Shown one piece after another: positions 19,701-28,460 of a stretch of 64,000 nt of DNA. The stretch lies in assembly GCA_019244185.1 (NCBI GenBank), contig JAFATB010000023.1:416001-480000 (forward strand), written 5' to 3'. Each line of letters opens with the position of its first letter. Within the stretch, counting starts at the first letter, position 1. The DNA comes from Acidobacteriota bacterium. GTDB taxonomy: Bacteria > Acidobacteriota > Thermoanaerobaculia > Gp7-AA8. The notes under the pieces were generated by a model, which saw only the letters and a list, made by a program, of their open reading frames with translations, did no database searches and was not told the DNA's origin. The translations under genes were made by a program, and so were the position numbers.

Positions 19701-22540
19701 ATGGGCAGGGACGCTCGACCACGACGCGCGTCTGGTTCTACGCGGTGGGCGAGGGTTACACCGCGTGGGAACGCTACGATCACATGCGCATCGATCTCGT
19801 TCCCGAGAAGACGACGTACAAGCCGGGCGACACCGCGCGCATCATGATCAAGTCGCCGTGGGAGCACGCCACGGCGCTGCTCACCACCGAGCGCGAAGGC
19901 GTGCGCACGTGGAAGCCGTTCGAGCTGACCTCGACGCAGCAGACCATCACCATTCCCATCACCGAGAAAGACATCCCGAACGTGTTCGTCTCCGTGCTGC
20001 TCGTCAAAGGCCGCACGAAGAAGGATCCGGGTAAGGACGGCAGCGATCCCGGCAAGCCCGCGCTGCGCCTCGGCTACGTCGAGCTCGCGGTCCAGGACTC
20101 CGCGAAGCGTTTGCAGGTCGACGTGCACGCGAACCGCGACGAGTTCCGCCCGGCGACGAAGGCGAAGATCGACGTCACGGTGAAAGACCGCGCGGGACAG
20201 CCGTCGCCGTCCGAGGTCACGCTGTGGGCGGTCGACTACGGCGTGCTCTCGCTGACCGGCTACGAGACGCCCGACGTGTTGAAGCACATCTATCTGCAGA
20301 AGGCGTTGCAGGTCGCGAACGAAGACTCGCGCGAGAACATCGTCAGCCGCCGCGTGATCACGCCGAAGGGCGCGGATGAGGGCGGCGGCGGGGGACGCGA
20401 CGCGGGACCGGGTACGCTGCGCAAGGACTTCCGCGTGCTCGCGTTCTGGCTCGGCTCACTGACCACCGACGCGAAAGGCCGCGCGCATACCGAGGTCACG
20501 CTGCCGGAGTCGCTGACGACGTATCGCATCATGGCCGTGGCGGGCGACCGGCAGTCGCGCTTCGGCTGGGCGCAGAACGAGCTGCGCATCAACAAGCCGC
20601 TGATGCTCACGCCGGCGCTGCCGCGCTTCCTCGCGGTCGGCGACCACGCGTCGTTCGGCGGCGTCGTGCACAACCAGCTCAAGCAGGGCGGCAAGGCGAC
20701 CGTGTCGATCGAGTCTCTCGATCCGAGCGTGCTCGAGATCAAAGGCTCGCAGACCGTCGACGCGAAGCCGAACGCGCCTCTCGAAGTGCGCTTCGACGGC
20801 GTCGCGAAGGCGATCGGCGATGCGCGCATCCGCATGCGCGTCCAGATGGGCCGCGAGAACGACGCGTTCGAGGAAGTGCTCCCCGTCCGCGCGATCGTGA
20901 CGCCGGAGACGTTCGCCGCGTACGGCGAGGCGAGCCCGCACGCGGAAGAGAAGCTCGAGATTCCGAAGGACGTCGTGCCGAACTTCGGCGGGCTGCGCAT
21001 CGATCTCGCGTCGACGCAGCTCGTCGGCCTCGGCGAAGGCGCGCAGTACCTCATCGAATATCCGTACGGCTGCGCGGAGCAGCGCTCCTCGCGCGCGCTC
21101 GCGCTCATGCTCGCCGGCGATCTCGGCGCGACGTTCAACCTCGGCGGCATCGACGCGCCGAAGGCGAAGTCGACGGCGCAGGAGACCATCGCGGACCTCG
21201 GCCGCTTCCAGTGCGGCGACGGCGGGTTCGCGTTCTGGGCCGGCGACTGCTCGATGAGCTCTCCGTATCTCACGAGCTACGTGCTGCACGTGCTGCAGCG
21301 CGGGCAGAAGCTCGGCTACAAGGTCGACGCCGACATGCTCACGCGCGCGTACACGTACCTCGACGGCAAGCTCGGCGAGCCGAAGCCGGAGAACGAGGGC
21401 TACGTGCCCGCGTACACCGCGTGGCAGTCGTTCGCGACGAAGGTGCTGGCCGAGGGCGGGCGCAACGTCGACTCGCACGTCAACCGCTTGTACGCGTATC
21501 GCGAGCGCATGCCGCTGTTCGGCATCGCGTACCTGCTCGACGCGCTGCAGGCAAAGAAGGAAGGAGGCGAACGCGCCGCGGATTTACATCGGCGCCTCAC
21601 GAACGCCATTCTTCCGGAGGGCGGCACCGCGCACGTCGCCGAGCTCGCCGATCCGTACCTGATGTGGTTCTGGAATTCGAACGTGCGCTCCACCGCGATC
21701 GTCCTCGGCACGCTGACGCGCGGCGGGCAGGACGAAGAGCTCGTGAAGCGGATGGTGCGCTGGATGATGCAGGTCCGCGAGGACGGCCGCTGGGGCAACA
21801 CCCAGGAAAACGCGTGGGCGATGGAAGCGCTCGTCGACTACTACCGCAAGTACGAATCGGAAACGCCCGACTTCCTCGCCAAGGTCGCGCTGGGCGGCGA
21901 GACGCTCGCGAACGAAACATTCAAGGGCCGCTCGGCCGACGCGCGCACGAAAGGCTGGTCGATGGCGGACGTGCTCAAGCGTCCCGGAGGCACAGTGACG
22001 TTCGACAAGCAGGGCGCGGGCACGCTCTTCTACATGATGCGTCTGCGCTACGCGCCGAACGCGCTGCATCTCGACGCGATGGACCAGGGCTTCCGCGTCG
22101 AGCGCTCGTATCGCGTGCAGGGCGCCGACGCGTCGGCGACGACGTTCAAAGCCGGCGATCTCATCGAGGTCACGCTGCATCTGCGCAACACGAAGGAGCG
22201 CCGCTTCGTCGCGGTGACGGATCCGATCCCCGCCGGCACGGAGCCGGTGGAGACGTGGTTCGCGACGACGGCGTCGGCGCTCGTCGAGGCGCAGCAGAAC
22301 AACGAGGCCACGAGCTGGTGGATGTGGTGGGAGCGCGGCGGCTGGGATCACGTCGAGCGTCACGACGATCGCGTGAATCTCTTCGCCACGCGCCTGGGCG
22401 AAGGCGACTCGTTCTTCACGTACCTCGTGCGCGCGACGACGGCGGGGACGTTCGTCACCGCGCCGGCGCACGCCGAGGAGATGTACGAGCCGGAAGTGTT
22501 CGGCCGCACCGCGACGATGACGATCGAGGTGAAGAAGTGA
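16778..22540 (+). CDS. Bacterial alpha-2-macroglobulin with N-terminal Ig-like domain
   Basis: Signal peptide, DRGVYKLGE, AYRRPDF, AVDYGVLSLTGY, LRKDF, thioester motif YPYGCAEQ, WGNTQENAWA, EEMYEPEVFGR. Followed by pbpC. Confidence 0.95.
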   Translation: MKKAVAALLFVLAAPSLLAANLRIVSAGPVGKIASLAEANEIRVVFSEPMVAVGRIPQPVTAPFFRIAPAVAGAFRWSGTTTLIFTPDKPLPYATEFAVSVDASAKSVAGHTLDQPYRWTFTTPTIQLIATDWYRKSNGAVVIGLRFNQPVDASAVTPHVHLTTATRAFTLDPLPEAGAARLKKLEPQALQAFEAKRAKAQANANSNGQTVFSFLATEWKKERFAPGKDLVVLETKPGIPPDTAILVTLDAELAASPRHVRSGSAQTYTVELEPTFFVSSITCVEECDPESRNSIEFRIGSGVRFDEVRKAVTLTDITDPTHEVAVKPKKVTTEYDYPNNAYSLDELGFSVTPGHRYAVRVDPSLTAEDGQKLGYAWMAVVDYWHASAFVSFGAGNGVWESDGGSILPFSARNFRSVKQWLAPLKVEQLLPIMQQMRTSGFNTPPPDTKPTTRTLNLPPDRIAAVGFDLKPAIGADNRGIAWAAIEPGEELPKSKVYAKNVVATLVQSTNLGISVKDSPLNTLIMVTRLDDAKPVEGAKVTIRDRNNKVFWTGTTDANGIAVALNTDLRRKKKEDKKPEEMDYDESWSALSELHFLVSAEKDGDVAYIGSDWNDGIGPWDFGVRFDLHEAEPQLRGTVFADRGVYKLGEEVHLKAIARADTPNGMQLLAAGTQLHIEIRDSHNMNVFEKTVAVNAWSSAELTFKVPQEAPLGTYSIIAATTSQTGTIDGDFLVAAYRRPDFRVDTTLDGNSTVAGTKLTGVVTGRYLFGAPMSGKPVSWTYSRTRMTDIPEKIADRWPEERYAFLGRDESDESGDIVSIAQKEEALDAKGQLTLKLDTDRTLGEPWQYALEGVVTDVTRQEIAGRASFRVDPAPWYIGVHRPPYFAEAQQGIDTDIVAAGLDGLAVDGVNVKVELKRIQWVSARQAEGDGFYDWQSERKEVDAGHWNVTTKTEPVPLHIPISEGGEYQLIARAEDGQGRSTTTRVWFYAVGEGYTAWERYDHMRIDLVPEKTTYKPGDTARIMIKSPWEHATALLTTEREGVRTWKPFELTSTQQTITIPITEKDIPNVFVSVLLVKGRTKKDPGKDGSDPGKPALRLGYVELAVQDSAKRLQVDVHANRDEFRPATKAKIDVTVKDRAGQPSPSEVTLWAVDYGVLSLTGYETPDVLKHIYLQKALQVANEDSRENIVSRRVITPKGADEGGGGGRDAGPGTLRKDFRVLAFWLGSLTTDAKGRAHTEVTLPESLTTYRIMAVAGDRQSRFGWAQNELRINKPLMLTPALPRFLAVGDHASFGGVVHNQLKQGGKATVSIESLDPSVLEIKGSQTVDAKPNAPLEVRFDGVAKAIGDARIRMRVQMGRENDAFEEVLPVRAIVTPETFAAYGEASPHAEEKLEIPKDVVPNFGGLRIDLASTQLVGLGEGAQYLIEYPYGCAEQRSSRALALMLAGDLGATFNLGGIDAPKAKSTAQETIADLGRFQCGDGGFAFWAGDCSMSSPYLTSYVLHVLQRGQKLGYKVDADMLTRAYTYLDGKLGEPKPENEGYVPAYTAWQSFATKVLAEGGRNVDSHVNRLYAYRERMPLFGIAYLLDALQAKKEGGERAADLHRRLTNAILPEGGTAHVAELADPYLMWFWNSNVRSTAIVLGTLTRGGQDEELVKRMVRWMMQVREDGRWGNTQENAWAMEALVDYYRKYESETPDFLAKVALGGETLANETFKGRSADARTKGWSMADVLKRPGGTVTFDKQGAGTLFYMMRLRYAPNALHLDAMDQGFRVERSYRVQGADASATTFKAGDLIEVTLHLRNTKERRFVAVTDPIPAGTEPVETWFATTASALVEAQQNNEATSWWMWWERGGWDHVERHDDRVNLFATRLGEGDSFFTYLVRATTAGTFVTAPAHAEEMYEPEVFGRTATMTIEVKK

Positions 22541-24717
22541 AATGGAAGTGGCTCGGCGGCGCGGGCGCGGCGGTGGTCGCGCTCGCGCTGTACGTGCGCC
22601 TCGGGCCGCTCGCGCCGATCGACGCGAATCAGTTCGAGTCGCTGACGGTCGTCGACCGCCACGGCGAGGTGTTGTACGAGCCGCTCGCGTCGACGGGCAA
22701 CCGCGCGCTGTGGCTGAAGGCGGACGAACTGCCGCAGCCGGTGATCGATGCGACGCTGGCAGCCGAGGATCGCAGATTTTTCTCGCACGTCGGCGTCGAT
22801 CCGCTGGCGATCGCGCGCGCGGTCGTGCACGACGTGCGCGCGTTGCGCGTCGTCGAAGGCGGCTCCACGATCTCGCAGCAGGCGGCGAAGCTGCTGCTCG
22901 GCTCACGCGAACGGACATTGACGCAGAAGCTGCGCGAGAGCGTCGTCGCGCTGCGCCTCGAACATCGTTACTCGAAGCGCGAGATCCTCGCGCTGTACCT
23001 GAACCTCGCGCCGTACGGCAATCGCATCAACGGCATCGCGCGCGCGAGCCGCGCGTACTTTGGTTGTCCGCCGCAAAACCTCACGCCCGCGCAGGCCGCG
23101 TTTCTGGCCGCGCTGCCGCAGCGTCCGGACGCGTTCAATCCGCTCCGGAACCCGCGCGCCGCGCGCACGCGGCAGCTGGCGGTGCTCGCGCGGATGCCGC
23201 TGTCGCGCGACGACCTCGCACACGCCCGCGACGAACGGCTGCGCTTCGCGACGAGCGCGCAGCCGGCCGTCGCGATGCATTACGTCGAGCACGTGCTCGC
23301 GCACGCGCCGTCGCGCGGACGCATCACGACGTCGCTCGACGCCGGCCTGCAGCGCGACGTCCTCGGCATCATCGCCGCCCATCGCGACGATCTCGTGCGC
23401 CACGGCGCGCGCAGCGTGGCGGTGGTCGTGTTCGACAACCGCAGCGGGCAGTGGCTGGCGTGGGAAGGCTCCGGCGACTATTTCGGTAGTAGCTTCGGCG
23501 GCGCCATCGACGGCGTGACCACGCCGCGCCAGCCGGGATCGACGCTCAAGCCGTTCACGTACGCGCTGGCGTTCGAGAGCGGCGAGTCGCCCGCAACCGT
23601 GCTCGCGGACGTGCCGTCGCATTTCCCGACCGCGGAAGAAGGCATCGTCTACACGCCGCGCAATTACGACGGCCGCTATCGCGGACCGCTGCGCGTGCGC
23701 GCCGCGCTGGCCGGCTCCGAGAACATCCCCGCCGTGGCGATGCTGGCGAAGCTCGGCCCCGAGTCGCTGCTGCGCCTCTTGCGCAACGCCGGCTTCACGA
23801 CGTTCGACCGCACCGCCGACTACTACGGCCTCGGCCTCACGCTCGGCGACGCGGAAGTCACGCTCGAACAACTCGTGCGCGCGTACTCGGTCTTCGCGCG
23901 CGACGGCGTGGCCGCGAACGGACGGCGTGTCGTCGCGCCGCGCACGGCGTTCTGGATCACCGACATCCTCTCCGACCCCGACGCGCGCGCCTACGCGTTC
24001 GGCACCGGCGGCAGTCTCGATTTCCCGTTCCCGGTCGCGGTGAAGACGGGGACGTCGCAGGCGTATCGCGACAACTGGACGGTCGGCTACACGCGCGACG
24101 TCACGGTCGGCGTCTGGGTCGGCAACTTCGACCGCACGCAGCTGCGCGGATCGAGCGGCATCACCGGCGCCGCGCCGATCTTTCACGGGGTGATGCTCGC
24201 GGCGATGCAGCGCGCGCGCGGACGGCTGCCGATCGGCGACACGACGCCCGTCGTCGCGCCGCCGGCGAACGTGACGTCGGTCGAGATCTGCGCGCTCAGC
24301 GGCCTGCGTCCGTCGCCGTACTGTCCGGCGGTTCGCAAGGAATGGCTGCCGTCCGAACAGCCCGCGCGCTTCTGCGCGTGGCATCACGCGGACGGAGCGA
24401 TCGACTGGCCGGGCGAGTACCGCGCGTGGAACCGTGCGGCGCAGCCGGCGCTCGCCGCGCGCGGCGAAACCGTGCATCGCGCCGAGACGCTGCGCATCGC
24501 GAACCCGCCCGACGGCGCGACGTATCTCATCGACCCGACGCTGCGCGCGCCGTTTCAGTCGCTGCGCCTCCGCGCGATCGCGACCTCGCGCGTCGCGTGG
24601 CAGGTCGACGGACGCCGTGTCGCGTCGACGGAATGGCCGCTCGTCCCCGGACGCCACGAGATCACCGCCGTCGACGCCGAAGGGCGGAGCGATCGCGTGC
24701 GCATCTTCGTGAAGTGA
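22537..24717 (+). CDS. pbpC: Penicillin-binding protein 1C
   Basis: AEDRRFFSH, GGSTISQQ, YLNLAPYG (transglycosylase), GSTLKPF (SxxK), SEN, KTGTS. GTG overlaps the A2M stop. Confidence 0.93.
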   Translation: MKWKWLGGAGAAVVALALYVRLGPLAPIDANQFESLTVVDRHGEVLYEPLASTGNRALWLKADELPQPVIDATLAAEDRRFFSHVGVDPLAIARAVVHDVRALRVVEGGSTISQQAAKLLLGSRERTLTQKLRESVVALRLEHRYSKREILALYLNLAPYGNRINGIARASRAYFGCPPQNLTPAQAAFLAALPQRPDAFNPLRNPRAARTRQLAVLARMPLSRDDLAHARDERLRFATSAQPAVAMHYVEHVLAHAPSRGRITTSLDAGLQRDVLGIIAAHRDDLVRHGARSVAVVVFDNRSGQWLAWEGSGDYFGSSFGGAIDGVTTPRQPGSTLKPFTYALAFESGESPATVLADVPSHFPTAEEGIVYTPRNYDGRYRGPLRVRAALAGSENIPAVAMLAKLGPESLLRLLRNAGFTTFDRTADYYGLGLTLGDAEVTLEQLVRAYSVFARDGVAANGRRVVAPRTAFWITDILSDPDARAYAFGTGGSLDFPFPVAVKTGTSQAYRDNWTVGYTRDVTVGVWVGNFDRTQLRGSSGITGAAPIFHGVMLAAMQRARGRLPIGDTTPVVAPPANVTSVEICALSGLRPSPYCPAVRKEWLPSEQPARFCAWHHADGAIDWPGEYRAWNRAAQPALAARGETVHRAETLRIANPPDGATYLIDPTLRAPFQSLRLRAIATSRVAWQVDGRRVASTEWPLVPGRHEITAVDAEGRSDRVRIFVK

Positions 24718-24721
24718 CGCG

Positions 24722-25120
24722 ATGCGGACGTTCGCGTATCTCTGCGCGCTCGTGCTCCTCGCGCCGCAGCTCGCGTTCGACGCCGCGTTCCTCTCGCTCG
24801 ATCGCGTGACCTCCGGCCACACGCTCGGCGCGCTGCTCAGCAATGCGCTCGACTTCGTGAGCCTGCTCTTCGGCTGGGGCGGCGTGGTCGCGCTCGCGGC
24901 GATCGTCGGCGCGATCGTTGCGGCGTTCCATCGCCACTCGCGCGGCGTGGCCGCGATCGTGGTGGCGCTCGCCGGCGTCGGCACGGCCGTCGACTTGCTG
25001 CGCCGCATCGGCGTCCCCGCGAGCATCGACGTCGTGCTGTTCTTCGTGCCGGGAGCGCTCGGCATTGCATTGTGCGTATGGGTCGCGTGGCGCGAGCTTG
25101 CGCCCGCGCGCGCGGCGTGA
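24722..25120 (+). CDS. Hypothetical membrane protein
   Basis: 132 aa with about 4 hydrophobic segments, 4 nt after pbpC. Confidence 0.65.
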   Translation: MRTFAYLCALVLLAPQLAFDAAFLSLDRVTSGHTLGALLSNALDFVSLLFGWGGVVALAAIVGAIVAAFHRHSRGVAAIVVALAGVGTAVDLLRRIGVPASIDVVLFFVPGALGIALCVWVAWRELAPARAA

Positions 25121-25172
25121 TGCGTCGTGTCACGAATTCCGCCGCGACGCTACTTCGTTGGCGGAGGCAACG

Positions 25173-26241
25173 ATGACCAGCGACACGATGGAATCGGATG
25201 TACTGCTCGCGCGCGGCGGAGACGACGCGGCCTTTCGCAGACTCGTCGATCGATGCAGCCGCATGGTGTGCTCGATCGCCTTCGCGATCGTGCGCAACGT
25301 GCACGCGAGCGAGGACGTCGCGCAGGAGGTCTTTCTCGCCGCGTGGGAAAACCTCGGCAAGCTGCGCAATCCGGCGAGCTTTCTGCCGTGGCTGCGGCAG
25401 GTCACGCGCAATCAGGCGCATGTCTGGCGGCGCGAACACGCGCGCGAGTTCACGGACGACGCGGCGCTCCTCGCCGCCGTCGACGCGCGGCCGTCGCCCG
25501 CGGACGACGCGATCGCGGCGGAAGAACAGCGTCTTGCGCGAAGTGCTCGACGGCATTCCAGACGACGCGCGTGAAGTGATCGTGCTGTATTACCGCGAGT
25601 CGCGGTCGACGCGGCAGGTCGCGGCGCTCCTCGGCATCAGCGAGGCGGCCGCGCGCCAGCGGCTCTCGCGCAGCCGCGCGCTGATCCGCGAGGAAGTACT
25701 GGAACGCTTCGGCAGCGCCGCCGCCGCGACCGCGCCCGGAGCGGCGTTCACGCAGGCGATCGCGCTGCTCGTGCCCGCGGCGCCCGCGCTCTCAGCGGGC
25801 ATCGCCGCGAAAGGCGCGGCGTCCGCGTCGACGCTCGCGAAAGCGACGGCCATCGGCGCGGTGTTCGGCTGGATCGGCGTGCTGCTCGGCATGCGCGCGC
25901 TCGAGCCGGCGCTCGACGAGCGCGAAGCGCGCCAGCTCCGGCGCTTTCGCAACGTCGTGCTCGTCGTCGTGACGCTCGGCTGTGCGGCGGTGGCGATGAG
26001 CGTCTCGTCCGCGGTGCGTCTGCTGATCGCGCTGCAGTCGTTGTACGTCATCGTCGCGGCGCTGTACGTCATCTGGCTGCCGCGCATTCTGCGGCGGCGG
26101 TTCGAGTCGCTGCACGCGGTCGATCCGGTGAATGCGCGCGCGCAGCGGCGTCGCTGGCTGCGGTCGATGATCGTGCCCGCGGTCGGCGCCGCGATCGCCG
26201 GCGTCCTGTTGATGGCGGTGGTGCTGATGTTGCGCGGCTGA
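25173..26241 (+). pseudogene. ECF sigma factor with C-terminal transmembrane extension, frameshifted near 25530
   Basis: Region 2 (SEDVAQEVFLAAW...FLPWLRQVTRN) is in one frame. Region 4 (REVIVLYY...VAALLGISEAAARQRLSR) and 4 TM helices are in another. Junction GAACAGCGTCTTG looks like a lost GC dinucleotide. GGAGG RBS. Confidence 0.85.
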
Positions 26242-26243
26242 CG

Positions 26244-26618
26244 TTACTCCGACCGATCCTCGCCGAAGTAGATCGTGTGGCCCTGATCGTCGAGGATCAC
26301 GAACTCGCGCGTGGCCCAGGCGGTGTCGTGCACGTCCTCGACGAGCGCGACGCCGTTCTGCTTCACGAATGCGGCGGCGGCGGTGGCGTCGTCGGTTTGC
26401 AGGTAGAGGTGGAAGTGGTCGCCGTGGCTGACCCAGTCGATCGACGGGTCCTTCTCGTCGACGCGCTTGAGGTGGAAGATCTGATTGCCCGCGCGGATGC
26501 CGGCGTAGAAGTCCTCGTACTGAAAGACGAGCTCGAGTCCGAGCTTCTGCGTGTAGAAGCGGATCGACTCGCCCAGATTGCGCGTGCGGAGCTGCGGAAT
26601 GACGCCGGTGATCTTCAC
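26244..26618 (-). CDS. VOC/glyoxalase (bleomycin-resistance-like) protein
   Basis: IPQLRTRNLGESIRFYTQKLG, DTAWATREFVILDDQGHTIYFG. GTG overlaps the ClC stop. Confidence 0.88.
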   Translation of the reverse strand: MKITGVIPQLRTRNLGESIRFYTQKLGLELVFQYEDFYAGIRAGNQIFHLKRVDEKDPSIDWVSHGDHFHLYLQTDDATAAAAFVKQNGVALVEDVHDTAWATREFVILDDQGHTIYFGEDRSE

Positions 26619-28426
26619 GACTCCGCCTGCGCCAGCCGGCGTTCGTGCGCGCGCAGCAGATCGCTGCGCGTGAGGATGCCGACGACCTGGCGCGGGTTGC
26701 CGCGCGCGACGACGGGGAGGCGACCGACTTTCTCGCGCACCATCGCGTCGGCCGCGTCGCGGAGCGAGCTGTCGAGATAGATCACGACCGGCGGGCGCGT
26801 GACCGCTTGACGCGCTTTGAGCGTCGACGGTTTCGTCAGATCGAAGACGTCGCGCCGCGTGATGACGCCGATCAGAACGCCGTTCCCGTCGACGACGGGG
26901 AAGCCTTGATGCGAGACGTCGTTCGTGCGGAGCGTCCCGAGCTCGTCGTCCGCGTTCACGGTCACGACCTTCGTCGTGCACGCGTCGGCGACGTTGATCA
27001 GCGAGAGGAAGTCGGCCGCGTATTCGGTCGGCACGCGCACGCCGCGGCGCGCGAGCTTCTCGGTCATGATCGTGTTGCGCATCAGCAGCGACGACACGAG
27101 GTAGCCGGCCGTGCAGCCGCCGAGGAGCGGCAGGAGGCCGAGCGGCTGCAGCGTCGTCTCGAACGCGAAGAGCACCGACGCGAGCAGCGCGCGCGACGCC
27201 CCCGCGAACATCGCCGCCATGCCGACCAGCGCGCAGATGCGGACGTCGATGTGCGCCCGCGGCAGCGTCGACGCCGCGAGCTCGCCGAGGACGATGCCGG
27301 CGCCGCCGCCGATCGTCAGCAACGGCGCGAGCGTGCCGCCCGACGTGCCGCTGCCGAGCGAGATCGACCACGAGATGAACTTCATCAGACACAACACGAG
27401 CGCCGCGGTGCCGAGGAGACGTCCGCTGACGAGGTCTTCGATGTTCGTGTAGCCGACGCCGAGCGTGCGCGGCGCGTACAGACCGACGAGGCCGACCGCG
27501 ATGCCGCCGATGGCGGGCCACCACATCCAGTGCACCGGCAGGTGCTCGAAGAGGTCTTCGATCCAGTAGACGACGCGCGTGACGTAGACCGACAGCGTCC
27601 CGATGATCGCGCCGAGGACGACGTAGCTCGCCAGCGCGGCCTCGCTCGGCTGCTGGATCGGTGGCATCGCGAACGCCGGCACGTAGCCGACGAAGGCGAT
27701 GCGCACCGCCGCCGCGGTGACGGCGGCGAGCGACACGGCCACGATCGAACGCGGGCGCAGTTCGAACAGCAGCAACTCGATGGCGAGCAGCACCGCGGAA
27801 ACCGGACTGCCGAAGATCGCGGCCATGCCCGCGGCCGCGCCGGCGGCGAGCAGCGTCTTGCGCTCGAGAGCGCTCGTCTCGACGAACTGCCCGAGGACGG
27901 AGCCCATCGCGCCGCCGGTGGCGATGATCGGACCTTCCGCGCCGAACGGACCGCCGGTGCCGATCGACACCGCCGCCGACAACGGCTTGAGGAACGTCAC
28001 GCGCACCGGGATGCGGCTCTCGTTGAGCAGCACCTGCTCCATCGCCTCGGGGATTCCATGTCCGCGAATCGCGCGCGAGCCGTAGCGCGCCATGAGGCCG
28101 ACGATGACGCCGCCGACGATCGGCACGAACAGCGCGAGCCAGCCGAGGTGATTGCCCGCGGGCGAGGCGGGCTGCACGGAGAAGCGGCCGTAGTACGCGA
28201 GGTTCGTCACGAAATGAATGATCGTGACGAGCAGCTGCGCGACGACACCGGTCACGAGCGCGAGGCCGATGCACATCGCGCTGATGAAGACCGAGCGGCG
28301 GTCGAGCAGCGTGACCTCGGCCGGCGTTTGCGTGCGTTCCATCAGCGCACCCATGGAGGGAGCGATGGGAACGCCTTCAGTTGTGGCTGCGTTTTCGAGA
28401 GCTTCGGGTGGTGCGGCAGGATCCAT
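26615..28426 (-). CDS. ClC-family chloride channel/antiporter with tandem CBS domains
   Basis: GHGIPE, GGPFGAEGP (gating Glu), GTSGG, LGVGY, C-terminal CBS pair. Start is ATG 28426 or GTG 28429. Confidence 0.93.
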   Translation of the reverse strand: MDPAAPPEALENAATTEGVPIAPSMGALMERTQTPAEVTLLDRRSVFISAMCIGLALVTGVVAQLLVTIIHFVTNLAYYGRFSVQPASPAGNHLGWLALFVPIVGGVIVGLMARYGSRAIRGHGIPEAMEQVLLNESRIPVRVTFLKPLSAAVSIGTGGPFGAEGPIIATGGAMGSVLGQFVETSALERKTLLAAGAAAGMAAIFGSPVSAVLLAIELLLFELRPRSIVAVSLAAVTAAAVRIAFVGYVPAFAMPPIQQPSEAALASYVVLGAIIGTLSVYVTRVVYWIEDLFEHLPVHWMWWPAIGGIAVGLVGLYAPRTLGVGYTNIEDLVSGRLLGTAALVLCLMKFISWSISLGSGTSGGTLAPLLTIGGGAGIVLGELAASTLPRAHIDVRICALVGMAAMFAGASRALLASVLFAFETTLQPLGLLPLLGGCTAGYLVSSLLMRNTIMTEKLARRGVRVPTEYAADFLSLINVADACTTKVVTVNADDELGTLRTNDVSHQGFPVVDGNGVLIGVITRRDVFDLTKPSTLKARQAVTRPPVVIYLDSSLRDAADAMVREKVGRLPVVARGNPRQVVGILTRSDLLRAHERRLAQAES

Positions 28427-28460
28427 CACCGCGAATATATCGTGATAGTTTCAGTCGCCA

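Noticed and set aside
16679-20287. 1202-aa antisense ORF (and similar ones at 33822-36719, 46969-50184, 57513-60899, 62583-63998)
   Set aside because: Shadow ORFs opposite well-supported genes. They are expected with high-GC codon bias and show no recognisable motifs.
21211-22536. Long N-terminal extension of PbpC
   Set aside because: Overlaps the A2M gene in another frame and is Arg-rich nonsense. The true start is the GTG at 22537.
16778-24717. A2M-pbpC pair as a novel system
   Set aside because: This is a well-established conserved gene pair. It is annotated as a feature only.
26619-28274. 676-aa ORF ending in a VOC domain
   Set aside because: The upstream part is an alternative frame of the ClC gene. 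Only 26244-26618 is credible.
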